Of a DNA stretch of 64,000 bases, positions 28,042-48,844 are shown piece after piece. The notes beneath the pieces were generated by a model. The model had not been told where the DNA came from and did no database searches. It worked only from the letters and a program-made list of their open reading frames with translations. Every line of letters begins with the position of its first letter. Position 1 is the stretch's first letter. The stretch comes from the human T2T-CHM13v2.0 reference genome, Homo sapiens: the NCBI RefSeq assembly GCF_009914755.1, contig NC_060942.1. One strand, written 5' to 3'. The translations under genes and the position numbers were made by a program.

Positions 28042-28142
28042 ATTTATGTAAACGTTGAGCCAACTTTTCAAAGAACTTTACATAAGACAAAGTAAAGGCT
28101 GTCTACGTCAAGTGTGATATTGCCTGTAATATGTATTTTTAG
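28042..28142 (+). other. DSG1: Alternative 101-nt 5' extension of exon 7 (intron-6 cryptic acceptor) giving truncated DSG1 ending IYVNVEPTFQRTLHKTK*
   Basis: ccctacctctatcatag| acceptor 101 nt upstream of exon 7; phase-0 translation gives 17 aa then TAA 28093-28095. Confidence 0.75.
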
Positions 28143-28277
28143 CAATACGGCCAGTATGCTCTTGCTGTAAGAGGCTCTGACCGAGATGGTGGGGCAGATG
28201 GCATGTCAGCGGAATGTGAGTGCAACATTAAAATCCTCGATGTCAATGATAATATCCCTTACATGGAACAGTCTTCA
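28143..28277 (+). CDS. DSG1: DSG1 exon 7 (EC2, DVNDN linker)
   Basis: [45 protein letters not shown]; tttag| acceptor, |GTAAGT donor; 135 nt. Confidence 0.97.
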
Positions 28278-28568
28278 GTAAGTATTTGTTCTTGGAATTA
28301 ATAAATCTAAATTCGCTATATTCTAAAACATATACGAACAATTCTGCTTACAGAGGCACATGTTATGTTTATTGACATACAACCCAAATGTAGACACATA
28401 CCTTTTTCTTGTGTTTATGCAAGAATAAATGGAGTTAAGCAATGAAAAATGAGATGAAAACCACAGATATCTTTTCTAAATAATGAAGTTATCAACATTC
28501 CAGTATAAGCCTACTGTAGTTCTCTCTTTCACACAGTTTGTGCTAAGAGTTTTCACTTCTTGTTTCAG

Positions 28569-28754
28569 TATACCATAGAAATTCAAGAAAATACTCTAAA
28601 TTCAAATTTGCTCGAGATTAGAGTAATTGATTTGGATGAAGAGTTCTCAGCTAACTGGATGGCAGTAATTTTCTTTATCTCTGGAAATGAAGGAAATTGG
28701 TTTGAGATAGAAATGAATGAAAGAACAAATGTGGGAATTTTAAAGGTTGTTAAG
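28569..28754 (+). CDS. DSG1: DSG1 exon 8 (EC3)
   Basis: ORF 28560..28826 YTIEIQENTLNS...GILKVVK; tttcag| acceptor, AAG|GTATGG donor; 186 nt. Confidence 0.97.
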
Positions 28755-29689
28755 GTATGGTATAATTATCCTAAATATTTTGTTTTCTTAATCTTTTTTC
28801 AAAATGTTAAACTTAAAATAAAATGATGCTAACATTTCACAAACTTGGCTTAGTGAAAGAATAAAAATTACTGTGTTTTAAATATATATAACATAGAGCT
28901 TTTTAATATAGTCTTTCTGCTTATAATCATTTTAGAAAAACAGGTATTGAATTTTAACTGGAAACAGTTTGTCAATACAGTACTCCCAAATAGATCATAT
29001 AAATTGAAAACACTTAAAAATATATTTTATGCTTACAACAAAGTATAATTAATCCTTAAGGTTAATGTCTTAAGAACTCTTTAAAGCATATTTAATAGGG
29101 GCTTTAAAACTGTGTCCATGTCAACATTGTAAGTCAATTATTACACATGTAGAATATTCATCATGTAAATAAAAATGTATTTATTCCTCCCGCGTGTTTT
29201 CATAAAATTTAAGTTAAATTACTATAAATGTAGAATTATCACACTCCCATCTCACTGTGGCTGCTGATCAAGGCTTATTAGGAACACAGATATACTGGAA
29301 ATTTGGTCCAAGTCAACCGGTCCAGAACAACTGGATGCCGTTCTCTTATGTCCTCCCCATATTAATGGTCCACATTTACCTGCAGTAAAATTTCATCTGA
29401 GATGTGAGAAAAAAAATTTGCCTCCTAGGGAGCTGATAGTCAAAGTTTCGCCCTGTGCTACACAACTTACACAGTCGATTTTTAAAATCTACAACAGCTG
29501 TTTATGGATTGTATATGTTGCATGCAATATATAGTTTCATGGTAAAATATAATCCCTATTTAACTATTTCTTTTTTCAGACTAGGTCTGGAAAACAGACT
29601 CTCAAACGACTCTGTCCCCATAAGAATGTGTGGCTTTTTGCCTCCTGTGTCTTCTTAAAGTGTCACCATGCCTACAGCTTGTATTTAAT

Positions 29690-30030
29690 TTGAGACAGTA
29701 CGCAGGTGCTTTAGTTTATCCCTCACAGCATCCCTGCAAATTAGGTTATATTATTTCCATATTGCAGATAAAGACATTGAGGCTCCAAGAGAGCACAGAA
29801 CCTGCATAAGTTCTCATAGCTAGTAAGTAGTGCAGCCAACATTTAAACCTAGTTTTCTCTAGATATGAAGTTCACATTCTTTCCATGATACTATTTAGGA
29901 TTCAATACTGGGGAAATTGGAGTCTAATCTATTTTGCCCCAAACTATTATATTACTTTAGAAAATTATTCAACCTATCTGTCCTCAATATCTCTATCTGT
30001 AAAATGGGAATGATAATTGTTTGCCCAGAC
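29690..30030. mobile_element. MIR fragments
   Basis: attatttccatattgcagataaagacattgaggct and tcaatatctctatctgtaaaatgggaatgataat MIR cores in opposite orientation. Confidence 0.6.
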
Positions 30031-30906
30031 ATATCATATATTAAATCCTTTGTTATAGCTATATACATATATATATATTATGTGTGTGTAATGTATATAT
30101 ACTTTTGATTTTTACATCCATTCTTTGAATTGCAAATAAAACCAATATTAGAACAAAGATTCAAAATTTTAGCTAAATAGGGGAGTTCAATGTGTGAAAT
30201 TCTATTTTTATCTAAATTACTCTTGTGAAATTTTAGAAAAATATATTTGGTGTGTATGGGCCTAATGGCATAATTGTTTGTGGATTTTATGTGTTGTGGA
30301 TATTAATATCATTTTTCATAAAGAAAATCACTACTTTATTATTTTATGAAATAAATATTTCCTAGAACATGTTGAAGAAAATAGATTTATTTATATTATA
30401 TATATATTACATTATATTATCTGATTTATTCAAAGAGTCACACTTACAGATGTGAAATTTCTTGTAAATAGTTCTTATGGATAAAACCACTCAAATGATT
30501 GAAACTCTAATATATTTGACCCATATTGTGTAATAAATAGCTACTTTCTGAAAAACATAAAATGATTGAAGGTAGGATAAATTGTCTTTGTACTAAAAAA
30601 TACATAAATTTGACTATCTGTATTATTCTAAGTTTTTAATTTGTTTGGTGAACAATTAGAGCTCACGTCATATGTTTTCAACTTTTTAACAATGAATCTA
30701 GGGGAATTGAATTGTTTCTTACTTTATTTGCACAAATTTACATCAATTAAAGATTAAAAATTTAAGAATGGATTGTGTATTTGTGTGCATTTGTGTTTCA
30801 TAAAAGAAAGATAATAAGATTTTTTTTTGCTATTATCAAAGGATTTTCTTTCACCTGGAACGTTTTATTTTCTTATAATAAAACTATTTTACTCTGTATT
30901 TTCTAG

Positions 30907-31166
30907 CCCTTAGATTATGAAGCTATGCAGAGTCTGCAACTCAGTATTGGTGTCAGAAATAAAGCTGAATTTCATCATTCAATTATGTCTCAATATAAAC
31001 TGAAAGCATCTGCAATTTCTGTGACTGTGTTAAATGTAATTGAAGGCCCAGTGTTTCGTCCAGGTTCAAAGACATATGTTGTAACTGGTAATATGGGATC
31101 AAATGATAAAGTGGGAGACTTTGTAGCTACTGACCTGGACACAGGTAGACCTTCAACGACTGTTAG
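30907..31166 (+). CDS. DSG1: DSG1 exon 9 (EC3/EC4 junction, includes Glu381)
   Basis: PLDYEAMQSLQLSIG...VLNVIEGPVF...PSTTVR; ttctag| acceptor, TAG|GTAAGA donor; 260 nt. Confidence 0.97.
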
Positions 31167-31648
31167 GTAAGAATGAGATTTTCAACTAATTTTCCTTACA
31201 TATTGAACTTAAGTACATATGTTCTTTTTATAGATTATAAGTATCTGAGTTAAAATACTTTTCATTATTTTTGAAACTATCATTTAATTGTAAAAAGTAC
31301 TATAAACTGTGCATTTAAAATGTTTAACTTAAGAAAACATAAAAATTCATGCAAGATGTAAGATGTTAAACTGTAAAGATGTGATATGTGAAAATAATAT
31401 GTCTCAAAAGTATCGACACTCCTGTATTTCTATGTCTTATTGATCAATTAGCTGATTACCACAGGCCGTGATTCGTCTCTCAGAAGAGTTTAAGGAATGA
31501 TTTTCCGATGGCAAATCTGCTTAGCTTGAAATCAATTAGATTTTGTTAGCTCATTTCAATTATATTCTTCACTTTATTCAGCATTTAATATTGGTCAATA
31601 ACGCTGGTGTGAAAATTCGGTTATATTAAGGAAAACTACACCATGTAA

Positions 31649-32148
<500 letters not shown>

Positions 32149-32867
32149 TAGTGTGAGTAGTTCTGTTAGAAGTCCTGTCACACTGTACCATGTTGCTGAT
32201 GAGCGCTCTTGTACCCCACAGGAGTGAGTTCACTGAAGGTAGACGCAACCCAGAGCTTAGCAGAATGCCAGAGAGAGAGAGAGAGAATTACCTAACCAGT
32301 GTTTGTTTCACAAATAATAGATGAGAAGAAAAACACCGAAGTCAAAGATGAGAAAAGAATAGAATAGAGGCTCAAGGCAAGGCCTTAGTTTGGAATTCAA
32401 AAGAGGTCTTGTCAAGTTCCAGTGCATGTGAGAAGGAGGAGCAGAAACAGGGGGGAAGTTCAGGCCAAGCTGATGAAGTAACTTCTTTGTAAAAGAATAG
32501 TTTAGAATTAGGAGCAGCCTGGGAAATCCTAGGATCTGGGTCTTCTGTAATAGTTCTGCTGCTACTTAAATCAAATGAAAATGAGACTGCAAGCATCAAA
32601 GGATTATTCTGACATCCAAGTGGGCATAAAAAGACATTCCATCAGAAATGGGTGCTCAGTAATTTTTTTTTCTTAAATGTAAATCTTGATATATCCCTGA
32701 GTGGCTCCATATTGCTAAGACTGCCCTGAAAAAAAATAAAGTCTCTAGTAATTGAAAACTGTATCTAGGGATTATAATTACTCACTGAAAAAAACAATAC
32801 ATTTTAAATTAAAATTTCTTTTTTTAGATAGCTGACATTAATTTGTATCATTTTCTTTCAAATACAG

Positions 32868-33007
32868 GTATGTAATGGGAAATAATCCAGCTGACCTGCT
32901 AGCTGTTGATTCAAGAACAGGCAAACTCACTTTGAAAAATAAAGTTACCAAGGAACAGTACAATATGCTCGGAGGAAAATACCAAGGAACGATTCTCTCT
33001 ATAGATG
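32868..33007 (+). CDS. DSG1: DSG1 exon 10 (EC4)
   Basis: YVMGNNPADLLAVDSRTGKLTLKNK...ILSID; tacag| acceptor, ATG|GTAAGA donor; 140 nt. Confidence 0.96.
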
Positions 33008-34296
33008 GTAAGAAATTAATTTACATTTTTATCTTTTCTAGAGAAAGCTGTATATACCTTAAGATATTAACATTTTAACTATCACATTTTGAAGTAACCC
33101 CTTTCCAACAAAAGTTGTCACACTGGGCATTATAGACTCATATCTTTAACAACTTGAGGCAGTATAATTTAGTAGCTAAGACCATGAGTCCTGAAATGAG
33201 ACTAGATTTGTGTCTTCCACCATCACTTACTAGCTATAGAATCTTAGAGAAGTTATTTAATCCATCTATAGCTGTTGTCTCTTTTTTAAAATGGAACAAT
33301 AACAATATATGTTTAGAAGGATGTGATGATAATGATAAAAATAGCAACAAAAACAAAACAACAGGATTAGCATAGTTGAGCTGAAAGGACATGGGCTTTG
33401 ATATCATATAGACTAGATTTAAACATATTTCTGTTATATACTTCCAGAATGTTTTTATTCATTTATTTAGAAAGTGTATAATTGAGTCCTAACTAAATGT
33501 CAGCCATTGTGCCAGATTCTAGGGTTACATCAATTAATAAAGTCAGACAACTGAGCTCACATCTATGTAATAAAGATTACAAAAATAACCTCAAACAAAT
33601 TATTCCCATATTTTTGCTGAATAATTCCACTTTCAATAATATTAGGAAAAGTTTAAATATAACAAGATGAATGCACAAGATGTTAATTACAGCACTAATA
33701 ATTAAATATTGAAAACCACATCAATAATAGGCAACAGGGTAAGTAAACCATGGTCCATTTGATATAAAATTATATAACCATCAGGAACTATGTTAATACA
33801 AAGTTTATTAAAATACAAAAGAATACTTATAGTTTAAAGTAAAAAAAATGGAATGAACCATATGATCACATCAATGTAACATAAATAATAAGCAACCATT
33901 CGGCATTATAATTAAGGACAAAAGATCATTTTTAAAAATATCAGCAGGTGTCGTCCTTGGGTGCTGCTACCATGAATTTGGTTTCTGGTTTTGTTTTGCT
34001 TCTTTCTGTAATTCTATACTTTTCAAATTATATATAATATCCAACTATTGGTAATGTAAAGAAATAATCCAATAAATAGTATTACTATGACTAATAATGT
34101 TAGTTATAAATAATAATATAATAATTTAACTGATTTTTAAAACCGAGTCAAAAACAAGGGATGATTTTCAAGTTAGGAGAAATTATGGGAATAAAGACAC
34201 TGAAATAAATGTTAATGTAAAAAATAATTCTGTGTTGTCCAACCATTCCTACACTAAATGTCTAAAATATTTCTTCCATTTTGAACGTTATTACAG

Positions 34297-34578
34297 ATAA
34301 TCTTCAAAGAACTTGCACTGGTACAATTAATATTAACATTCAAAGTTTTGGTAATGACGACAGGACTAATACAGAGCCGAACACTAAAATTACTACCAAT
34401 ACTGGCAGACAAGAAAGTACTTCTTCCACTAACTATGATACCAGCACAACTTCTACTGACTCTAGCCAAGTATATTCTTCTGAACCCGGAAACGGAGCCA
34501 AAGATTTGTTATCAGACAATGTACATTTTGGTCCTGCTGGCATTGGACTCCTCATCATGGGATTCTTGGTCTTAGGAT
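34297..34578 (+). CDS. DSG1: DSG1 exon 11 (Thr/Ser-rich extracellular anchor and most of the transmembrane helix)
   Basis: NLQRTCTGTINI...GPAGIGLLIMGFLVLG; ttacag| acceptor, |GTAAGT donor; 282 nt. Confidence 0.97.
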
Positions 34579-34846
34579 GTAAGTACTTTAGCAATCCTAT
34601 GTATATGTGTCCCCCAAAAAATGCTGGGGGAGGAGTTAAGTTTTCTGATTCTTTGATAAAACGTATTTTACAAATTCTCATTTTGTGCAATTATAAAGAA
34701 ACTTCTGTGTTTGGCACTGGGTTTATAAGATGAAAAAATTAAACTTTTTGACCCCTTCTAAGACTGTGGAGGATAAAAATTTATTTGCAGTAAGTCTCAA
34801 TGTAATGGGAAAGTGCCATAACAAGCAGGCTCAAATTGCTATTTCA

Positions 34847-35124
<278 letters not shown>

Positions 35125-36448
35125 AGAAAAGGCTACAGAGAAAGAGTAAACTCTGAGTTGCATTTTAAAAGATGAATAAGAATTAGCCTGATGGACAAGA
35201 GAAAGGGAACACAATACAAGGGGAAAAAAATCTATGTGCAAAAACCTAAAAGAATGAGAGTGCAAAGTACTGCGATGAAGAACTCCAGTGTGCAAGAAAT
35301 AAAAGATGCGCATGACAGCATGGTGAAAGTTTAGACTAAAAGATAGGCAGGGGCCAGGTCTCAAAGAGATTTTATTTATACTAACACTGCATAGTATTAA
35401 TAAAAGGATAGTCAAATAGACCGAGGGTTAAACTCTGGTTTCTAAGCCTAATCGTCTGAGTCTTCCGAAGGTCACCTAACCTTTCTGAGCCTTGCTTTTG
35501 CCATGTATGAAATAATACTTACCTTAAAACAGTGCTTTGATGATGAAAAAGAAGTACCACACATGAAGCATTTAGCATGTTCTATGGCCACTAGGGTAGC
35601 ACTAGTCAAGGGTCTAGCTATAAAGGTAGAATCCAGTGGACTCTCCAGGTGGCTGTTAACATTACCTCGAATGATGATAGAAATTAGAGCAAGATAAACC
35701 ACATGGCACAGTCTTCGGGAAATGAGAACAGGAGCTCTAAAGTAAGTAGGTTGCAGTCTGCACATTACAATTAAATTAATGCAAACATTGTCATTTTCAA
35801 ATGTGGAATCATAAAATCTTAATGTCAGAAGGTACCTCAGATATTTAAATCAAACGCTCACACAAAATGTGAAGTCAGAGCGCTTACGTATAAAATATCT
35901 TTTCTACTTTCATTTTTCTTGGCACGTGAACAGTGACAGATATGTTTTGCTACATTTATTTGTGAACTGGGTTTTCTCTGATTTTAAATAACTCATGTTT
36001 TTGAAGTTTTCATCAACATTGGGCTCATCTAAACAACGAGTCTGGCCATGGTGATAACACAGCTTAGAGCTGGAGTTCTTTTTCCAAAATTTAAAACGTA
36101 TTTCCAAAAAATGAAATTTTTACATTAACAAATAAGAGTTTATTCTTACTGGCTCATAATTAATTGAAGTAATAACCAGGAAAAGTTCTATGAAACAGAG
36201 AAAAGGGAAAGAGAGAAAGAAAAAAGCATTCTCATCAAAATGAACCAAGACAAGATAAAGGCAAAAATGCTAGTGAAGTTGCAGAATATAACATAAAATA
36301 CATATGAAAAGAGTTCATTCTCTCTGTTATTCATATTTATTACCAACTAACATTGTAAAATGTTTAAATTTAATACTTCATAAGAGTAACTTAATTACCC
36401 AAGTGCTCATTATCACTACTGTAAATAATACCTAACTTTCATGTTGAG

Positions 36449-36789
<341 letters not shown>

Positions 36790-37456
36790 TGAGTTGTTTT
36801 TTTATATTGCGGACTACCTCTGGGTACTGTAGTAAATAAAAGATTTATAAATTATATATGGGCCTTAGTCATCACTACCTGTAGACCCAAAGTTTCCTCT
36901 AGTAGATTTTCAGAAAACCAATACATGGGCTTCTTTTCCTCTTTTTTTCTTTTTTCTTCTCTCCCTCTCTCCCTTATGTCTATCCTTACTACCTTCCTTC
37001 TTCCCTAATTTACTTCCTTCTTTTTTCCTTTCCTCCTTCTTCACAATTTTAATTTACACATTCTTTCTTTCATCCATTTATTCAAAACCATTTACCAAGA
37101 TTAGATTATATAAGAGGCTGATAATAAACAGATAAATAAGAAAACTCCACTTAACAGCAAAAGACAGTGCTAAGCAGTGTGATGTTTTCTATTTGTATAA
37201 GAGTTATTGAAAGAAAAGACACTTGCATAGGGGGAAATAGCCTCACAGAGAATTGTTGGAAGCATGAATAAGATTTTACTGTTGAAATAAAGGCAAGCAT
37301 ATGTTAAAGGAAGACAATAAAGACATGGAGGAGAGAACACAAAGGATCAAATATATTGCCTGACCTTTTCATCTTTCCTTGTTCTCTCCTTTAATATTTT
37401 CCTAAATAATGACATGGAAAGATTAATCGGTTTTAATAATGTAATACTATCTGTAA

Positions 37457-37784
<328 letters not shown>

Positions 37785-38006
37785 TAATACTATAAAATAA
37801 ACTAAAATTGACTGCAGTCTAATATACAGAAGCTCCCATTTACTTTGGGGTCTGACCATCATTCAGCTTGTATTCTGAAACTTTCATAATTTTAGAACCA
37901 ACCAGAATTATATTACGAATTCAAATTTAACCATAAAAAATCAGGTTGTTTTGTTTTTTATTTGCACCCAGTGCTAACTCTAGTATTACTATCCCTCCAC
38001 CACCAG

Positions 38007-38140
38007 TGGTCCCATTTTTGATGATCTGTTGTGATTGTGGAGGTGCTCCTCGTAGTGCAGCTGGCTTTGAGCCTGTTCCCGAATGTTCAGATGGAGCAAT
38101 TCATTCATGGGCAGTAGAAGGACCACAGCCTGAACCCAGG
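38007..38140 (+). CDS. DSG1: DSG1 exon 12 (end of TM helix, juxtamembrane CCDC, intracellular anchor)
   Basis: VPFLMICCDCGGAPRS...PQPEPR; caccag| acceptor, AGG|GTAAGT donor; 134 nt. Confidence 0.96.
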
Positions 38141-38482
38141 GTAAGTGCCACATTCTAAGAAATAGCCGTTGGTAGTCACTGAAATTCAGTCTTTACACAT
38201 GAACCAAGATGGCCGCCATCACTCACAGTCTATGCTGTTTTTTGTGCTGAGAAAGCTAATGGAGAAAATGAAGAGGAATCAGAAACACAACAAAATTAGA
38301 TGGAAGTAACCAGGGAAGATTTTCTAAGTGAAGTTCAAATTTTAAATGGATTTCAGAATTTCCTAAATAGTATTTTTTTTTTAGGAAATCTGAGGTAATT
38401 TAAGAATAAACCAAATGTATGACTGCAGAAAGATTATAGTCATTGGTCACTACAAATGGAAATGTTGTTTCCTGTCTTTTAG

Positions 38483-38552
38483 GATATAACCACTGTCATA
38501 CCACAAATACCACCTGATAACGCAAATATAATTGAATGCATTGACAACTCAG
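38483..38552 (+). CDS. DSG1: DSG1 exon 13
   Basis: DITTVIPQIPPDNANIIECIDNS; tttag| acceptor, CAG|GTAAGA donor; 70 nt. Confidence 0.96.
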
Positions 38553-39918
38553 GTAAGAAAAAAGAATTTGTTTAACCACTCAAATGCTTAAGTAGGAAGT
38601 CTATTTTCTCTCTTTGATTATTGTTTTTTAATTATCTTATTTTTCTTCAAAAGTGTTTATATCATTCTTTTTTAAATGACTAACTTGTAAATTAAATGGC
38701 AAGGAAAAACCTATGGTAATTATTATTGTTATATGCTTCATTTTAAAAATTTTCCTCAACCATCAAAGAGTACTTAGAAGATGTCCAAATTAGGTTCTCT
38801 ATATATGCAGAAGTACTGAATTGTAACCATGAGTAAGTTTTAGTCAAGATTTTTAATTTAATAGAGCAAATTTCATTAACATACATACACACACATATTT
38901 CATACACATATATACACTAATTAAAATTAAAGTACAACCCAACTAAAATAGACCCGTGCTCATTTATTGAGGCTAAAATCTTTATACACAATTAATTTAA
39001 GGTTTCAAAATTGCTTTGACTTTAGCTGCTTATTATAACAAAGAAAAAAACTGCATCCATTTTCAGTATCATCACAAATATTACCTAAAAAATATTTGTC
39101 CAATTTCTTTAATTGAAAGCAAGTAGATGAAACACTATCAAAATCTTTCTAAGCTCTCAACTGAGATTGTGTGCACATGGTGGAGTTTTTTCCAGCACGT
39201 GGGTAAGACTGTATAAATACAACTTGCCTTAAAACAGGAATCTAGACCAGTTCACAGGCAGAACCCAGGGAATAATTAGAATTTCACAGTGAGTGGATAA
39301 CTACCATTATAATAAAAGAACAATTAAAATAACATCTCATATCTGTGAAAATAGTTGTATCACATTACTTTTCTCAAGGTAAATAAATACTATTGGTTAG
39401 CTTATTTTTCTCATAGTCTTTTTAAACAGTAACCATTGTTTTCTACTTTAAACTAACAGGCATAGAAATGTGTATAACTTGTAGAACTGGACCTTATTCA
39501 AAGAACTCGACACAGTAGTCTTTAAATCTATTTCTCCACCTGATTTGTCCATTTTCATTAATAACCCCAATGTCTTCTCACCTCAAAAGCAGAATCTCAT
39601 TGTTGACTCGTCGTATTCACTGACACCAAATCAGTTCTCAAGACATTTATCAAATCATCAAATCCATCAGTATTTATTTACACATTTGTTCCCATTAAAT
39701 CTACAAACTTTTGCACAAATTTTGAACAAAGCACCATAAGAGGCACCAAGGAAAACTGAAGCATGAAAAACAGACTGTTCCCAAACTCAAGATCCTTCAC
39801 ATACTAAAGCCAGTGGATACATATCCCACTGACAACATTCTTCATTCCACAGCAGTTCCACGGTCCCGGCCATCATTTTATCTCACCTACCTCAAATATT
39901 TCTTTTTTTTTTAATTTA

Positions 39919-40024
39919 AAAAAGATGAAACACTTGACCAATTTGCGTATCATCCTGTGCAGGGGCAATCCTAATGTTCTCTATATAGTTCTAATTTTAG
40001 TATACGTGCTACTGAAGCGAGTAC
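39919..40024 (-). pseudogene. U6 snRNA processed pseudogene in intron 13
   Basis: Reverse complement GTACTCGCTTCAGTAGCACGTATACTAAAATTAGAACTATATAGAGAACATTAGGATTGCCCCTGCACAGGATGATACGCAAATT... aligns along full-length U6; A-tail 39900-39917; TSD CTACCTCAAATAT at 39887-39899 and 40025-40037. Confidence 0.95.
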
Positions 40025-40542
40025 CTACCTCAAATATAGTAACAGGCTTCCACTTACTCCTCACATCCAAGTGCAAACCCAAGATTCTTCATGAAAACCT
40101 TTCTCCTCACATAGCCATGGCCTCCTCTCTGAAAGCCAGTGGTTCTCATGTCTTTTTCTGGATGTCCTGTGCTTCTAGTTATACACTGGGGCATTCTTAC
40201 ACTGTTTTTTTAACTTTCAGAATTTGAGTATTTTTTCTCCAATTTCCTACAGGTTGAAATCAAATGCTTTAGGACATAGATTTTTTTTAAGTCCTCTGCA
40301 GCCTTCACTTCCAGCAGAGAATATAGTAATCTCTCAACAGATAATTATCAAATTAACAAATTAATAATATTATTTTGAGTTCAATATTGTATTTATATCT
40401 CCTTTCTTTATGTATTATCTTTTTATTTCTTTGTTCACAAATGCATACCTAAATGAAAAAATCACATATTACAAGGCAAGTTGTTACTTTTTAGTTTATG
40501 ATAGACTAAAGAAAATAAATTTAATTTGATCAACACTTTTAG

Positions 40543-40751
40543 GAGTTTATACAAATGAGTATGGTGGCAGAGAAATGCAAGATCTGGGAGGAGGAGAGAG
40601 AATGACAGGATTTGAACTAACAGAGGGAGTTAAAACTTCAGGAATGCCTGAGATATGTCAAGAATACTCTGGAACATTAAGAAGAAATTCTATGAGGGAA
40701 TGTAGAGAAGGAGGTCTGAATATGAATTTCATGGAAAGCTACTTCTGTCAG
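40543..40751 (+). CDS. DSG1: DSG1 exon 14 (intracellular cadherin-like segment, first part)
   Basis: VYTNEYGGREMQDLGGGERM...FMESYFCQ; tttag| acceptor, CAG|GTAAGG donor; 209 nt. Confidence 0.97.
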
Positions 40752-42521
40752 GTAAGGTCCCTAGCCACATGCCTTTCTCGCCATCCATGTGCCTGCTGCT
40801 CTTCACCAAGCTTTCACTAATTCCTAAAGGGGCTTTGGCAGGAGTCTCCTAACTAGATTCTCAGCCTTTAGTTTTTGTGCCCAACAATCCATGCTGTTAA
40901 TGAATTATATATCTAAAGCTCTGACCTGAGCACTTTACTCCCCAACGTAAGAACAGCCAATGGCTCCCAGCTCTCTTTTGTTCATGGCATGCAATCCAAA
41001 GTCCTTAACATGTTAACTAAGATTGTTCACAAAATGAACCCTCCCTCTTATCTCCAATTACTCCTTGCCATCAACTCCACTTGCTGAGCACCTTTGCCAC
41101 ACACCTTTCACCTCCATGTGTTTGCTTATCCTGTGCCCCTCCTGGAATGCTTGCATCCCACTATGTCTCTCACAAACTCCTACCCATCCTTCAAGACCCA
41201 GTCCAAATATCACTCTCCCTCCGAAGTTTTTACAGTTAACCCTCTCATCCAAAATAGGATTAATGTTTTCTCATCTGTATTTCTGCAGTACTTTGTTTAC
41301 ACATTTATAGAACCTATCATTGCTAAAATCTGTCCGTTTATATGTCTACCACCACTTTTAGTGTCTCATCCATATATTCTCTACGTTGTATTGCCAGTAC
41401 ATAGCTCAGTTCTAGACATAGAGGCAATAGTTAATGAGAGTGGGGTCAAGAGCCATAGTCTACTTCCAAAACATTGTAAGAACGAGCTGTAGGTGGTGGG
41501 AAGAGCATGAAGCCTGGAGAAGCAGCTGCAGGAGAATTTAACTTTGCCATCCCCAGGAAGAGATGCAATTGTCCATGGTTACACATCATGTGATACCCAA
41601 TCTTAAGGAAGTTCCTGTCCCTGACATCGACTAGAAAAACATTTCTGTCCTTCTACATTCTGGCCTAAAGTGGTTTCATTAACTAACCTAGTGGTTGGTT
41701 TAAAGAGTGGCTGATATTTTTAAATAAAATATTGGTAAAAGCATTCAAATAGCAATAGATAGTAATGAGGCTTGTTGAAAACCATAGGAATACTTATTCA
41801 TATATACAACAAAATATTTTGTTATATTTTAATAACATAGAAATATCTTCCTTCCAATCTCTGATCAAATATCACTTTATCAGAGACCCCTTCCTTGATT
41901 ACCCTATCTAAAAGAACAGCACCCATCACTTTCTTTTTCTTTACCCTGCATCTGCCACCTCCTGACCATATGCTTCTGTGTTGTCTGTCTCACTCACCCA
42001 AAATGTAAGCTCTGTGAGAGAACAGCTGTATCTGGTATTGTTCATTATGCATAGCTAAGTTCCAAACACAGAGGGTCTGGCAAATAGCAAAGGCTCAATC
42101 ATTTTTTTATATGAATGGCACAATGAGTTGGTTTCCTATAAGGTATTTCTGTTAACCTGAAAGTTTACAATCCACTATTACGAACAACAAAGATGAAACG
42201 AAAGTGTATATGTCTTTGGGCTTTTACTTTGAATTTAGAGAGATTATATTTTTTAAAAGTGTCTTTGATCACCTTTAATTTTGTAGAACAGACCCAGAGT
42301 CAAATTTTCCTGTTGCTGTGCTGAAAAAGTCATGTTGCAATAAACCTTCACAGAATCATCATATTCACTCCATCTGAAGGAAAGAAACAAAATCCTGAGT
42401 GAACCCAACTCAACTATGAACTACTTTTCCAGACAAAAAACAAAACAACACATTTTTATGTCCTTCAAGCTCAGTATTTTTATATACCTCCCTCTAACTT
42501 TGTTATAAATAATTCATGTGA

Positions 42522-48545
<6,024 letters not shown>

Positions 48546-48844
48546 AAACCAATTCATGTGATTTTTTTGTGTATGGTTTTATGTCCAAAGTACACAATTA
48601 TAAATAAGTCCATCTAAGTAAATTTTTAAAATCATAGTATTAGAATTATACTTAAAATGATTTCTAACCAAATTATTTCAAATAATTATAAAATGATTTT
48701 TAGAGCATCTCTAGTATGTTAAAATCTTGTTTTATTTCATTCCTCTTTGGAAATGCTCTGGAAGAAAAACTAATGATAAAGGCTGTTCTATTATTGTTAA
48801 ATATGCATTCATAATTTCATTTTCTCTTTCTCCTATAAATTCAG

